Shown here one piece after another: positions 25,523 through 37,770 of a DNA stretch of 64,000 nucleotides. Below the pieces are notes generated by a model. The model had not been told where the DNA came from and did no database searches. It was given only the letters and a program-made list of their open reading frames with translations. Location: contig NMRA01000101.1 of NCBI GenBank assembly GCA_002633005.1, positions 1 through 64,000 of the forward strand. Direction: 5' to 3'. The number at the start of each line of letters is the position of its first letter. Within the stretch, counting starts at the first letter, position 1. The stretch is from Phoronis australis (taxonomy: Eukaryota > Animalia > Phoronida). The translations under genes were made by a program, and so were the position numbers.

Positions 25523-26665
25523 CTCTGTTGACAGGTTTCGAATACTCTCATAGAGATGATTAGACTTTTCTGGCTTACGATATTTTTGCCTTCCTTTGCT
25601 CAGTACAGACCCACATCATAACAATACGCCAATGTATGTAAAGACAGACAAAAGTGGCCCAGTGAAATAATACTGTCCATACCACTTGCTTTGGCACAAT
25701 AGCTTACAAACCACTGCCCAGCATTCCAACTATAGTGTCGTAGACATCGTAATCGTTTGCATCTACTTCGCAATAGTGATTGGTGTTTACCTTTTCTAGA
25801 TGTTTTGGTTAAACGTGAAAATAGCACCGTTGTTACATCTGTGTATCTTAAATTTGATAGTTTTGTGCCTATCCAGTACAAGAGAGGTCTATTCAATTGC
25901 TTGTTACACCGTGCCTGGAGAATCTACTCTACCAATTTAAATTTTGATAGTGACGTAGCTATGATTTTCCTCTTACTGCGTGCCAATGGTTACCCTCTGA
26001 ATTTTCTGAATAGCTGTAAAATTCACTTTCTTTCAAAAATGAATGAGGCAGATAAGGTGGACGTTATTGGACCCGAGAAAAAAAAGTTTTCTTTTCTCTT
26101 GGTTACACCGGGCCAATTAGTATAAAATTGAAACGTCAATTATCTCGCCTTATTCATTGCATAGACCCAGGAGTTGAACTGATAGTTGTTTTCAAACCCC
26201 TTCGTAAGCTTTCCAATATGCTGTGTAAACTGAAGGCACCCATCCCTTTATTGAACGAGAGCAATGTTGTGAATAAGATTGAATGTGACAACTGTAAGGA
26301 ATTCTTTATAGGACTCACACAGAGACGCCTCTGTGACAGGTTGAAAGAACATCACACCTCAGAGAAAAGTAACATATATAGGCATTTTATTAGCTACAAT
26401 CTCTGTTGACAGGTTTTGAATACTCTCATAGAGATGATTAGACTTTTCTGGCTTACGATATTTTTGCCTTCCTCTGCTCAGTACAGACCCACATCATAAC
26501 AATACGCCAATGTATGTAAAGACAGATAAAAGTGGCCCAGTGAAATAATACTGTCCATACCACTTGCTTTGGCACAATAGCTTACAAACCACTGCCCAGC
26601 ATTCCAACTATAGTGTCGTAGACATCGTAATCGTTTGCATCTACTTCGCAATAGTGATTGGTGTT
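25523..26665 (+). repeat. Complex local duplication: A (25523-25787) + Penelope fragment (25783-26403, copy of 24163-24784) + A' (26401-26665)
   Basis: Near-identical sequence pairs are directly visible. Junction microhomologies are GTGTT and CTC. Confidence 0.9.
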
Positions 26666-27338
26666 GGCATTTTTGTAAGTATGGCAATCTGTGGGGTGGT
26701 ACATTTTCCGTCTTTGCTTAAAGCAACATTAAATTCATAGTTTTTGTGAAAAAACAAGTTTTAATTTTGGCCATTTGTCGTAATAAACTTGGTCTTTAAT
26801 GGCTCCTAACCCAGTTTAGAAGTGATACCTGGGTTCGTAAAGAACTGAAAATTCATTATTTTTTCATCGACAGTAAGGTGACCCGATATTTTATGAGCCT
26901 GCTCTTAAGAAATAGCAAACTGTCAGAATTTTTTCAATGACCTGCATTAAGGCACAACGTGATTCGAGTCCTATTTTATAACGGATAGTGTCCTAAATCA
27001 AAACTTGTTTTTGGCAGAAAGCACGACGGGTTAAATCCCGCTTCAATCCGAAAAGGCTCAATCTATTAATACCGCTATTTATCGTAATCTATTTTGCCCG
27101 GTGTACACCACGAGCTTTGCTGCAGAGTAAAACAAGATGAGGATTGAGAATAATGTAATTTATTATGACATAAGTAGAAGAACTAAATAAGAATATGCAA
27201 GACGGGCATGGAAAAACGCCATAATTACCAAGTATGGGAATATTGCGCTATATACAAGCCCGCGTTCCTTCCAATTAAGAAGCGAACTTTGGATTCAGAT
27301 CACTTGCCGCCATGATAATCGGTCTCAAGCGGGCATGC

Positions 27339-27464
27339 GTTCAGTAGACGCTAGGACCTAGCTAAAACGTAGTCAAAGTCACGTGTTCTCATTTAAAATG
27401 CACAGCAATATCTCACATAATCTCGCGAAGTCTTGCTTTTAGCGAGGTCCTAGCGTTAGTGAAC
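27339..27464. mobile_element. Small MITE (~125 bp); second copy at ~36437-36555
   Basis: Inverted ends GTTCAGTAGACGCTAGGACCT...AGGTCCTAGCGTTAGTGAAC. A near-identical body (CTAGCTAAAAC...AAAGTCACGTGTTCT) recurs at 36450-36545. Confidence 0.6.
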
Positions 27465-28218
27465 GGGAGGCTGTTCTTTACCCAGACGGAGTGATTCATC
27501 TCCCGAAGAATCGACAATTGACCTATCGCAAGCTCCGCCCCTATGCGAAAAGTCACGTGATACCCGACATTCGAACGAGATGTCAGAGGCAAATACACTG
27601 TCGCTAAACGACGTTCCTGGTGGAATCGATGAGTGTTTTTGCACTATTTGAAAACGCTTCGACAGAGACAAGAGGCGATGCTTTTCAACAGAGAATCGTA
27701 CGTTCATGATATGGGAATTTGTAAAGGTGACGATGCGAAAATGGCTCGAGGAGCCAGCGAAAATGCGAAGTACCCCTCTGCCTCAGGGCCACCTTCACCT
27801 AGCAAATGACAAGGCCACTGATACGATATGTTCATATAAAGCTGGGTATGTACCTTCAAGTTGAATTATCTGTACGATTCCATAGATTTCATGATCTTTC
27901 TAATAAAATCAGTAAAGATTCACCGATATTTTTATTCCGTCGTCTGCTAAATTTCGCCAAGTAAAAAGTAGGTCACAACTGGTGGGACTCCCGGAGTAAA
28001 ATAGGTCATAGATTACAGACAACACATGCACTATAGTCTCTGACTAGGTCGACTCGACAGCACTGTTTACGCTTTTCTAATCTTGTAACGAATTATTTTG
28101 ATCAAAAAATTCAGGTTCATAGCTCATGTACACATTCATCTCGTCCTAGGCAAACAGTTAGCTCCGGCGGGGTAGGTCTAGGGCTGTGTCTAAGTCAGTC
28201 AAGTTAATGTCTGGAACT

Positions 28219-28547
28219 CAGTAGCGGATCTAGGATACCACAAGGGGGGTCCAACATGTTGCCTCGTGGAATTGGGCAAAGTGCAATTGTATGTACACAG
28301 GCGGCCCGAAAGTTGCAGGGGCCTGGGATGCAGACCTTTGGACCTTCTGTTCAGAAAATCTATCGGTGGACTAAAAAAAAAACAAGAACACGATTCCGCC
28401 GCGATCTGGGGTCTGAGCCCCCCTCATCCACTACCGGTCCTAGATACTGAACTCAATATTTCCTCACGCTTCACGCTCTTGCTGTTTCATTTTGCTTGCG
28501 GGGGTGGGGGCAGGGGTCCCAGCCCCCACCCCTTAAATCCGCCTATG
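28219..28547. mobile_element. CAG-ended MITE with 5-bp TSD (hAT5-like)
   Basis: CAGTAGCGGATCTAGG...CCTTAAATCCGCCTATG, flanked by GAACT / GAATT. Confidence 0.65.
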
Positions 28548-31387
28548 GAATTGTCCGTTTGCACCATTAAGACATTTAAATTAGGCCTACCTTCTTACGA
28601 ACTTGGCATTTTTTTGTAGTTTCATTCCATAAAGGTAGCTTTCATTTAATTTTGAAGGTAGCATAATTACTAAGTCGTGGTATGGTTACAACTTGAAAGA
28701 TTACAAGCCTGGTGTGGTAGCTGCAAAAATAGGGTATTTACAAAAATAACTCAAATTCTTTTTTAAAGCTTCATAAATCTAAATATCATGTCTGAACAAT
28801 TTCAAAATGAGCTCTGTCTAACTCTACAGACATAATGTATACTAGAGGTACACGTCAAAAAGTAATTCAACAGNAAAAAAAATAAAATAAAAATGTCCTT
28901 GAAAACAACAATTTCCGGGGACTATACCGCTAGAGTGCTGAGATCCAGCAGGTGTCGAGACAAAGGCGGCCAGACGTAGGAAACTCGGGAATCACAATCT
29001 GAGATAGCCCTTCACCATATAGCCACCAAGCTGAAAAGTGCGTATCTTGGAACTAATATATTTGTGTTTATTATAGCCTTCGAGTTATCAAGCAACATCG
29101 CTAAGTTCAGCTGCTCGTGTGGCCGTAGGACCTACAGTTTGATCCATAGTTTACGCTTTTCAACATCAGTTTTCGGCTTAGGACATGCCAAAAAATGACG
29201 GGATATTATTCTGGAGCAGCATAACGGCTGTCGGTGCTACACACGCCATATCAACACCGTTTCCCCATTCTTAGCGGACAATTTCTTGAGCTATAGACTA
29301 AAGTGGGTTTTACTCGACTACGTGTGGTTTGTCGGGTATAATGGCGGCTTGGAAACGCAGACGAAGGTGTGCCAAGAATGCTTTGTTCTGATTGGTCAAT
29401 TAAGCCGTCCGTCATAATCTTGGCGATAGATCAATTCTTGTCAAAGCCACGCGCGGCGAAAAAAAAACGTACGCTGTTGAGCCTGGTCGGTCAGATCTAA
29501 GCCTCGACCTCATCTCCAGTCTGAGTGCCGGAGGAGCAACTTGAGACACATTTCATAGTGGTAGGCCTAAGTTGTTTTTATATAAAGTTGTACTATGGAA
29601 GGGGTGTCTATAGTCGCCGTCGTAACTGAAAAGAAAATACAACGATTCGAATTGCATGTGAAGTTTGGCAAACTATACTTAACTGAGATAATCGCGTTGT
29701 TTTTCTACGTTTCATTACCACGACTTCACGGCAAGTTTAGACATTAATTCTTACGCCAGAAGACTGCTCCTCTAGTTTCAACAAGGGCTGTCGTGAGCTG
29801 GAAACTTGTGTTCGAACTACTGTGACAGTTTCTGTATAGCAAAAGTGAAAGAACAGTTGTAAAACTCTCCATCACACTTCCATTTCAGGCAATGTGCCGG
29901 GCAACACGAGGTAAAGTGAGTGGTTATTTTTTGGCAGGCCGAGCAATGAACTTCATCCCGGTATGTTTTAGGTTCACATGTTGCCGCCGTTTTTGGCACT
30001 AGTCGGATACCATGGACCCTGATTTAGAATCAGTGTCATCGTCAAAACAACATGGCCGTTATTCAGTGATTGCCCGGTTCTCTAAATGAGGGCCCATTAT
30101 ATCCAACTAGTGCCTTGCTTCCGTCTAATAAAAATATCTTCGATTGCTACAATGACATACTTTGAAAAATTAAATTTTATTCATCATTTCAAAATGTATA
30201 GAAATGTGTGCAGATAGTGTGATGATTTTCACGATCCATCAGACGTGGGCAGTGGATTAACGTATTTGAATCCTGAAGCACTGAACTATGAGGGCCCTCT
30301 CACCTCAATGGAAAGTTGCACAAGATTTGAGCTTTCCCTGCCTGTGCGCGTTCTGCCGAGTCACCGAAACTTCTAATCACTGACTAGCTCCGGTCTTCAC
30401 GACTGAGTTTTGCCGGCTCCCTACCCAGTCATCACGATCGCAAAGTTTCGCTGCCTCCAATGTAGCACAGTTACCATTTTCCCTGTGAAAGACTGAAATG
30501 TTGTGAGCCCTGTTGCTAGAAGACGGTCCTCTGTTCTGTGTGGAGATCTTAAAGCTGTACCCTAGTCAAAGGGACAATAAACCATTGGAATCTTTGGTTT
30601 ATATCACTTGCCGTAATTTAATAGATCTTACACCGTCCTTTATTCAGATTATGTTTGAGACGAACTAACAGGTTGTTGCTAACTTAGACTAGGGCCATTA
30701 AGTTGTTTGTCCCGACGATTTAGGCCAGGTTTTTTTCCAATAACGTTGAAATTTTACTTCCTAAATTTAGTGTGAACATCGTGTAAAAATGACCCCTTTT
30801 ACAGGTTTCAGCCAGTCAGTGAAAAATATCGACCCCTCTCGCGTAAAAAACGGAAAATCTACCGAATGAAATTCATGGAAACTGCCACAGCTTCGACCTT
30901 TCAAAATTCATCCGCCACCGCAATTTTTTTCACTTCCCTTTACTAGCGGCGCGCGGAGCACTGCCACCCTATCACCCCATACCAAGTGTTTTGTTTGGTT
31001 GGTAAAATTCAAAATTGCTGGATAACGCCCCTCCCGTTCTGCACACTTTCAATTATCAAGCCTGTGTGCAACAACAGTTGGGCCATTTTTTTATAAGTTG
31101 AAAATTTTAAACTTTTAATCCGTAGAAAAAGCGATCTTGAGTAAATTTTCAACGTTGAAAAACGATCGCTGGGGTAATTTATTCAGAGGCTCAAAGTTTA
31201 ATGGTACACCAATGGGTAGCACAATTTATTTTGACACTGGACTCAAGAAAGTTGATTGCATGATATTAAGCACGGCTAAAACTTAAAAGATCGAAAAAAT
31301 ACAAAATGCTTAGTTTTGTTTAAAGATATTTTGGCGAAGTGAATAAATACTGTCTCAAAACATAACTCTTATAATACATTATTTTTG

Positions 31388-31545
31388 GTCGGTGCATCTC
31401 TTTTTGTCAGCAACATCGCAACTTCATTGATTTGTCTGGTTCAGGCACCGCAGGTGGTATTGGTGTCGGTGCTTGGGAATTCAACGCCATTCTTCTTCTG
31501 CAGCTTCTAGGCTGGGTCCTCATTCCTGTGTCTATAGCATGCGGG
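31388..31545 (+). pseudogene. SLC5A3: SLC5A3-like exon (TM2-TM3), frameshifted
   Basis: GASLFVSNI...GAWEFNAILLLQLLGWV matches the SMIT1 signature. A deletion removes GSEH. GT donor at 31546. Confidence 0.85.
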
Positions 31546-31876
31546 GTAAGAAAACAACAGAAGATGGAACTGACTACGTATGCAAACACGCGAACAATTA
31601 CCTTATGGACATGAAATGTAGAATATAGGTAATATAATTACCGAGTCATTCACTGAAATCTGACAGCAGTTAAAAATCCAAAGATTTTAAAATCGGTCTT
31701 TGGTTCCCCATTTTGAGTTGATACAAAAAAACTTTTTAGGAACTCGACAATTCGCAATAATTCATGTAGGTGTAGGCAAAATCCAGCGACAGAACTTGAC
31801 TCTTTACTGCGCCACAAATGCTGAAAATAAATACGGCCATGACTTTCTAAAATCGCCGCTCTGAGGTGGTGGCGTG

Positions 31877-32118
31877 TTACAACTATTGTTAAAATCTCTT
31901 TGTCTTTTTACACCGACCTGTTGTCTATGTACATTGTCACGACGTTTTAGTCGGTCTATTCTCCGGCCATCGCCAGGTGTACTGCATATCTGTGCTCGTT
32001 CTTCTAAGAACGCAGAAACACCTATGGTCGGAGGAATAGACCGACCAAAACGTCGTGACAATGTTAATAGACAAGAGGTCGGTGTAAATAGACCAAGAGG
32101 TTTTAATAATAGTTGTAA
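31877..32118. mobile_element. MITE with ~95-bp terminal inverted repeats
   Basis: TTACAACTATTGTTAAAATCTC...TGTCACGACGTTTTAGTCGGTCTATTC is mirrored by GAATAGACCGACCAAAACGTCGTGACA...GAGGTTTTAATAATAGTTGTAA. Confidence 0.75.
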
Positions 32119-32193
32119 ATACGGCCATTTCATTTGTGCAAACGATAACAGAGAAAATGTAGCGTTGAGCATTGTCAATTTCGTTTCTTGCAG

Positions 32194-32298
32194 ACCGTTA
32201 CTATGCCACAATACCTGAGTAAACGTTTCGGTGGCGCCCGTCTTCAGGTCTACTTTGCCGTGTTATCCTTACTCCTCTACATTCTCACCAAGTGCTCC
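32194..32298 (+). pseudogene. SLC5A3: SLC5A3-like exon (105 nt) with GC donor
   Basis: ttgcag acceptor; [35 protein letters not shown]; followed by gcaagt. Confidence 0.85.
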
Positions 32299-32792
32299 GC
32301 AAGTAAATAAACGAAAATAAGAATTGGTTTGACCAAATAACTGTCCTTAACTTGTTGTCACAATTTCCCTAATTTCCATCTACGTTTATTTCATGACGCA
32401 CGCAGCAACTTGATGGATTGTCGTCCTGCGCTCCACAGCCAGGAGATTTTGTATAAATGCGACACACATTTCGATGACATCTGCGCTATCCACTCAGTAG
32501 CAAATTTATTTTATGAATAAGTCGTTTGCCGCTGTTTTTTTTTTTCAAGTTCAGTTCCCCTAAACCAACTCATATACTGTTCACACGCATCAAATTTTCT
32601 TGATGAAATTTTTTTTTGTTGAAATAATCCTGCAAGCAAATGAGCGCTTATACTTTACAAACTAACGAATATGAATTTTCACGAGTGTGACTTAAAGAAA
32701 CCTTTTCAAGATCTTCCGGTAAGCCCAATAGGATTTTTTCAAACTAAATACAAAAACCGGACGATCGCCACACAAATAAAAAGTTCATGTTC

Positions 32793-32835
32793 AATCAATG
32801 TTTCGTCTATTCATTAGACATCATCAGGATCATAT
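32793..32835 (-). ncRNA. Minimal type I hammerhead ribozyme motif (second Penelope copy)
   Basis: The minus strand reads CTGATGA-T-GTCTA-atgaa-TAGAC-GAAACATTG (core 32827 to 32801), with a perfect 5-bp stem II. Confidence 0.65.
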
Positions 32836-32932
32836 TTTCAAAGGACAGCAAGTGCCAACATACAGCTCAGGTAACATCCATAAAGTTAGTGAGAGATACA
32901 GGGAATATAGTCAGTAGCTGGTCATCACCATA

Positions 32933-33349
32933 AGTGCCGTTTACACTTGAAAAGTTGACACTCATCAGCTGACACGGAACGAGTTGTTCCATTGTGTAAA
33001 CGGGACTGACACGGAGCAAATTGACACCGTGGTGACAAATTTTGCCACCCGTTTGTGCGGTAGAGCAATTTGCGCCAGAACATCTTGCGCCGTGTCAATT
33101 ATATGTCTAAACGCGAAACTGGGGCAAGGCGGAAAGGGTCATTTACTGCGCTTGCCTAATGACCTACTTACGGGTTCTTTGTCTCTGCAACTCTCGTCAT
33201 TTGTAAACCTACGCATGTGCAATCCAGTCTCTCCAGCCTGCAATTTCCGTTTTGCCATAGTTGTTGTTGTGTGTATACGGCCGCTTGACCCAGATCAATT
33301 TGCTCCGTGTTAGTTGCGCCGGGCCAAAAGTTTATGTCTAAACGGGACC
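32933..33349. mobile_element. Non-autonomous DNA element (Harbinger-like termini) inserted in the Penelope copy
   Basis: Ends AGTGCCGTTTACAC / GTCTAAACGGGACC, with internal GTGTAAACG/GTCTAAACG repeats. Absent from the other Penelope copy. Confidence 0.6.
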
Positions 33350-34687
33350 AAAGAGTCATTGTCCATTCAAAACCAGCATGCTACCGATTCTCTGAATAAC
33401 ATGCAGAGTTCAGTGACCCTGTACAGTAATTCCTTATTAGGTTCTCTGCAGATAATACTTACTGAATTGGCTTGTTGCTAATACAATGCCTGTATATGTT
33501 GCTTTTCTCTGAGGTGTGATGTTCTTTCAGCCTGTCACAGAGGCGTCTCTGTGTGAGCCCAATATATAATTCCTTACAGTTGTCACATTCAACCTTATAA
33601 ACAACATTGGTCTTGTTCAATAACGGGATGTGTGATTTCAGTTTACACAACACATTGGAAAGTTTCCGAAGAGGTTTGAAAACAACCATCAGTTCAACGG
33701 CTGGGTCTATGCAATGATTAAGTCGAGATAATTGACTTTTCAATTTTATACTACTTTCTTTTTCTCGGGTTCAACAACAGCTATCTTATCCGCCTCATTC
33801 ATTTTTGAAAGGAAGTGCCTTTTACAGCTATTCAAAAAATTCAACGGGTAACCATTGGCACGCAATAACTGGAAAATCCTAGCAACGTCACTATCAAAAT
33901 TTAAATTGGTGGAACAAATTCTCCAGGCACGGTGTAACAAGCAATTGGCTAGACCTCTCTTGTATTGGATCGGCACAAAACTATCAAATTTAATATAAAG
34001 CCCAGAAGAACTGGGCTTACTATGCACAGATGTAACAACGGTGCTGTTCTCACGTTTCACCAAGACATCTAGAAAAGCTAAACACGACTCGTGCTCAGAT
34101 TCACTGGTGAAATTGATGGATGGATGCATATTCTTCATGTGATTGAAAAAGGTGTTGACTGACTTCTTGAATGAAAACACAACAAACGTATCGTCCACAT
34201 ACCTATAAAATTCTGATTTACAATCCGGTGGACAAATACCCAGAGCCTCAGTCCCGAAATTGCACATGAAAATATTAGCTAACACTGGTCCCAGGGATGA
34301 TCCCATGACCACTACGTCAATCTGATGATCAAAGTTATCATCAAACAGAAAATGGTTCTGTTTAACTGCGATCGTGAGTAACTTACGTAATTGGTTACGA
34401 GTCAATTTATGGACCTTGTCAGTATCAATATACAGTTTGCTAAGACAAAATTCAATGTAGTGAAGAGGCTGCAAGGGACGTTGTAGCGTAATCACCTCGC
34501 AAATTGAACTGTGGAGTCTGGCACTTCGATAACATCATTAGAATTCATGTACAGCTGTTGGGTTTAATAAGCGCTGAACCGTAAGCGAAATCTTTGCCCC
34601 AAACGGTTAAATTGGATCCGAACCCGTTAGGACCCCAGTCAAGGAGGATTCCATTATACTAAAAGGTACAGTCATCTAATATTACAG

Positions 34688-34870
34688 GTAGACCTCTACA
34701 CGGGCTGTTCATCCAACAGTCACTTGGTTAGGATCTCTACTTAAGTATTTTCATCCTTGTCGTCGTCACCGGTCTCCTCACCATTACTGTAGGTCTGACG
34801 GCAGTCATCTACACTGATACACTACAGGCTCTGTTGATGGTGGGAGGCGCCATTGTACTGATGATCATGA
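34688..34870 (+). pseudogene. SLC5A3: SLC5A3-like exon (TM5-TM6) with frameshift and TAG stop
   Basis: tacag acceptor and gtgagt donor; [60 protein letters not shown]. Confidence 0.85.
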
Positions 34871-35737
34871 GTGAGTGTGGTTATTAATTAAAATAACTAA
34901 TCAGATATGTTCTTGTTTAATTACCGTCAGTTTGTCACCACTATGTGTATCGAAGAAACTTCAAGATATTAGGACAATGCACTGAACATGCTTACTGCCA
35001 TAGCCGCAGGAGCTGTGGGAGCCGCGAAGCAGTCATCCCTGGATTCGGCCAGAAATGGTGAAAAATACGGGCTAGTTAAGACTAAATGAGGCACATTAAG
35101 GAACCATCCGTGTCATTTACCCTCAAGCATAAAATGTCAAAGCCAAAAGACGCTTATGCTCCATCTTTAAGAAACATGAAAATGGTCAAGAATTGAAAAT
35201 TCGAGAAAATTTACCGTAGTAGGCTCTTCCTTGTGACTATATTTGCAATGTAGAGGGAACGATAGTGTTCTATCACCGAAGTAGTGACTGTCATCATGTA
35301 TTGTCCAGGTTTCATCGACCTCGGTGGTTATAACGAGCTCATATACAAGTACCCCCTGGCGACACACAATGTGACGACGCCAAACCCTAATTAATCTGTT
35401 GATTATGCTAGCAAAAAATTACATATTTAGCCAAAAGTTTGTTAAAAAATCTCAAAATGTTCATAAACTTCTAAATTATTAAATTACATCCTGAAGAAAA
35501 TAAGGTACTTGTTGACTCGTGATTTAATGTTATTCTTTCTAAATGATGTATACTGTATTGCTTTATGTGGCATGTAATTATCATGGTAGAGCAAAATAAA
35601 AATATGAAAAAAGAGACATGATTAAAAGACACACGATATTTCGAAAAATATTAATTTGCTTACTGGTGTTGGACGAATTTCATCAACGAAAATGCTCTTG
35701 CAACCATTTTGTGATTGACGTGAGACATATATTGCAG

Positions 35738-35845
35738 ATGAAGTGGCCTGTGTGGACCCAGACATCTGTTACGAGACATGCCAGAGCTATACCGGATGTA
35801 CTAATATCGCCTACCCAAAACTGGTTCTTGGCATCATGCCTTCTG
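35738..35845 (+). pseudogene. SLC5A3: SLC5A3-like exon (Cys-rich extracellular loop, 108 nt)
   Basis: ttgcag acceptor and gtgagt donor; DEVACVDPDICYETCQSYTGCTNIAYPKLVLGIMPS. Confidence 0.85.
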
Positions 35846-36830
35846 GTGAGTAAACCCAACCATGAGTGTCGGGACATAAGTGAGGGTATTATTTTGCAGT
35901 ATTCCATGTTTGCAATGACCCTTTGGAAAGTTGTTGTAGCTATTTAGTCGCAGGACTCCGTGATTGCGAACTTGATGCTGTTTCTTTTGGGAATGAAACA
36001 TTTCACTGAAACTACCATGAATTAATTGACCGTAGTCCATATTTACAGAAAATGTATATCTTCAACAAACCCCTTTGACAAATTGTACGCCGCTGAAAAT
36101 CTAGAACACTACATCCTTAGCCACGTGATACTGTCAAAAAGTAGTTGGTCGATACTTCCTTTTATAAGTAGTTTCCAATGGCGTTTTTTTTTGTATAAAA
36201 CGTGTCGACCTTTCTGGTTTCCCTAACCTTTGACCCCTTAGTGCCCTCCATTGAATTGAAGAGTCGACGTGTCGGTAACACGGCTGGTTATTTTGCCCTC
36301 AGTCAGGTTTTTTCTCGGGTGGATGTTTTTACTTCGTCCGTGGTATCGTCTCGTGTTGGTAAAAGAAGTCGGCGACAACCGGGGTTTAGTGGTGTCGCAA
36401 ATAGTTTTTCTTCACTTGTAATTGACCAGGCGTGTGTTCAGTCGGTAACGCTAGGACCTAGCTAAAACCTAATCAAAGTCACGTGTTCTGATTTAAAATA
36501 CATGGTAATGTCTCACGTAATCTCGCTAAGTCTTGCTTTTTAGCCGCTACTGAATGGGTGGGCAGGTCTGGGTTGTGAATGTAAGGCGGCACCCCGCCCT
36601 ATCATGATCAGGAACTGAAACTGAAAGGTTTTTGATTTCGTGTTTGCAGTGTGACTAAAGATTTCATTTTTCTTCTGAACATTACGTCCTTCAAGACCGC
36701 CTATCGTTGCCATGACATGCCCATGGTCATATATGTCGGTTCCTAGGAGCCGGGTTTCAATTCTGCTTTGTTATGGAACAAGTCAATGGCATCAGAATTC
36801 GCTCCAAGACACGAGGATGTTGTATTTCAG

Positions 36831-36981
36831 GTTTGCGAGGTCTGGTGATGGCGGTCATGATAGCTGCACTGATGAGTGACCTCGACTCCATCTTCAACAG
36901 TGCCAGCACCTTCTTTACCATTGATATCTGGAAGAGAATACGGAAGCAAGCCTCGGTCAAAGAGCTGATGATTGTGGGAAG
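36831..36981 (+). pseudogene. SLC5A3: SLC5A3-like exon (151 nt)
   Basis: tttcag acceptor and gtaac donor; [51 protein letters not shown]. Confidence 0.88.
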
Positions 36982-37519
36982 GTAACAGCCGCGGAAATAC
37001 CCGAGGACTACGACTGAGCATCGCAATAACGTAGGGAATCGTGTGATGGTCTGTCAAAAAATTCCCACTAACATCATCATCGACCAGGGTGCGGCTGGGT
37101 TTCGAGCTTTGTGGGAGCAGTACTGCTCATCGTGAGGTATCCAATCTGTCCTCGTGGGCTGTGCCCCAAGTCGAACGTCGTGCCTGCACTCCGGAGGGGG
37201 GGGGGTGAGCTTCAATGAATATGGAGGCAAATTCGGGCATGGCTTCGGTCCATTTCGCATTGGTTCCGACTACCTTTTTCCCCCATCCCCTGCCACTCCT
37301 CCACCAGGGTCACGGCCACCACGCGTGTTGTGGCAGTGGACAGGATTGTTCATCCATGAACAACCCTGCCCATGTGGCACATACTGAACGTGGTGTTGTG
37401 GCTCAGTATGTGCCACAACACCACGTTCCTTACAATATCTCTTTTTATCACTCCGGCTGGTCTGCTCACTCAGCTTGTCCGGAACCTGCTTTGCAGGTTG
37501 TTATAGCCCAGTTGGATGT

Positions 37520-37770
37520 TTGGTGTACCCACTTGGTACTTTATATGATGGTTGCTCATTTGGCAGTTTGTACCCACTTGGTACTTGTTATTGAATTTGC
37601 CGTTTCGCTCGACCCAGTTGGTAGGCAATCGGCCAATACCCATTTGGTATTATGTACCCATTTGGCACTATGCTAACCTGTGCCACTTAGTATCCGATAC
37701 TCATTTACACTTTGGGTATCGGAAATGTGTGTGTTATCTCTTGTAATTAAGGAACCCATCTGGTTCCTTC
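37520..37770. repeat. Degenerate short tandem repeats (TACCCA(T/C)TTGGTA unit)
   Basis: The motif recurs about 8 times. Confidence 0.6.

Larger units (their letters stand above)
32750..34460 (-). mobile_element. Second Penelope-like retroelement (same family, 5'-truncated, frameshifted)
   Basis: ORFs 33746..34495(-) (YRYVDDTF, FLDVLV) and 33459..33743(-) (VVYKVECDNCKELYIGLTQRRL). The terminal region 32755-32932 is the reverse complement of 24918-25105. Confidence 0.9.
26582..36981 (+). pseudogene. SLC5A3: Intron-containing sodium/myo-inositol cotransporter (SLC5A3/SMIT1-like) pseudogene
   Basis: Seven collinear exon remnants. ~26582-26674: VVDIVIVCIYFAIVIGVGIF. 31388-31545: VGASLFVSNI/FIDLSGSGTAGGIGVGAWEFNAILLLQLLGWVLIP (frameshift, acceptor lost). 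32194-32298: [33 protein letters not shown]. 34688-34870: VDLYTG/LFIQQSLG*DLY...[13 protein letters not shown] (frameshift and stop). 35309-~35390: truncated. 35738-35845: DEVACVDPDIC...GCTNIAYPKLV. 36831-36981: [27 protein letters not shown]...ELMIVGR. Confidence 0.85.

Noticed and set aside
30649-30690. Possible remnant of SLC5A3-like exon 2 (IMFETN*)
   Set aside because: Too short; the diagnostic GYFLAGR is not found.
36260-36305. RRVGNTAGYFAL resembling the missing SLC5 exon 2 motif (GYFLAGR)
   Set aside because: Out of collinear order, no splice sites, weak match.
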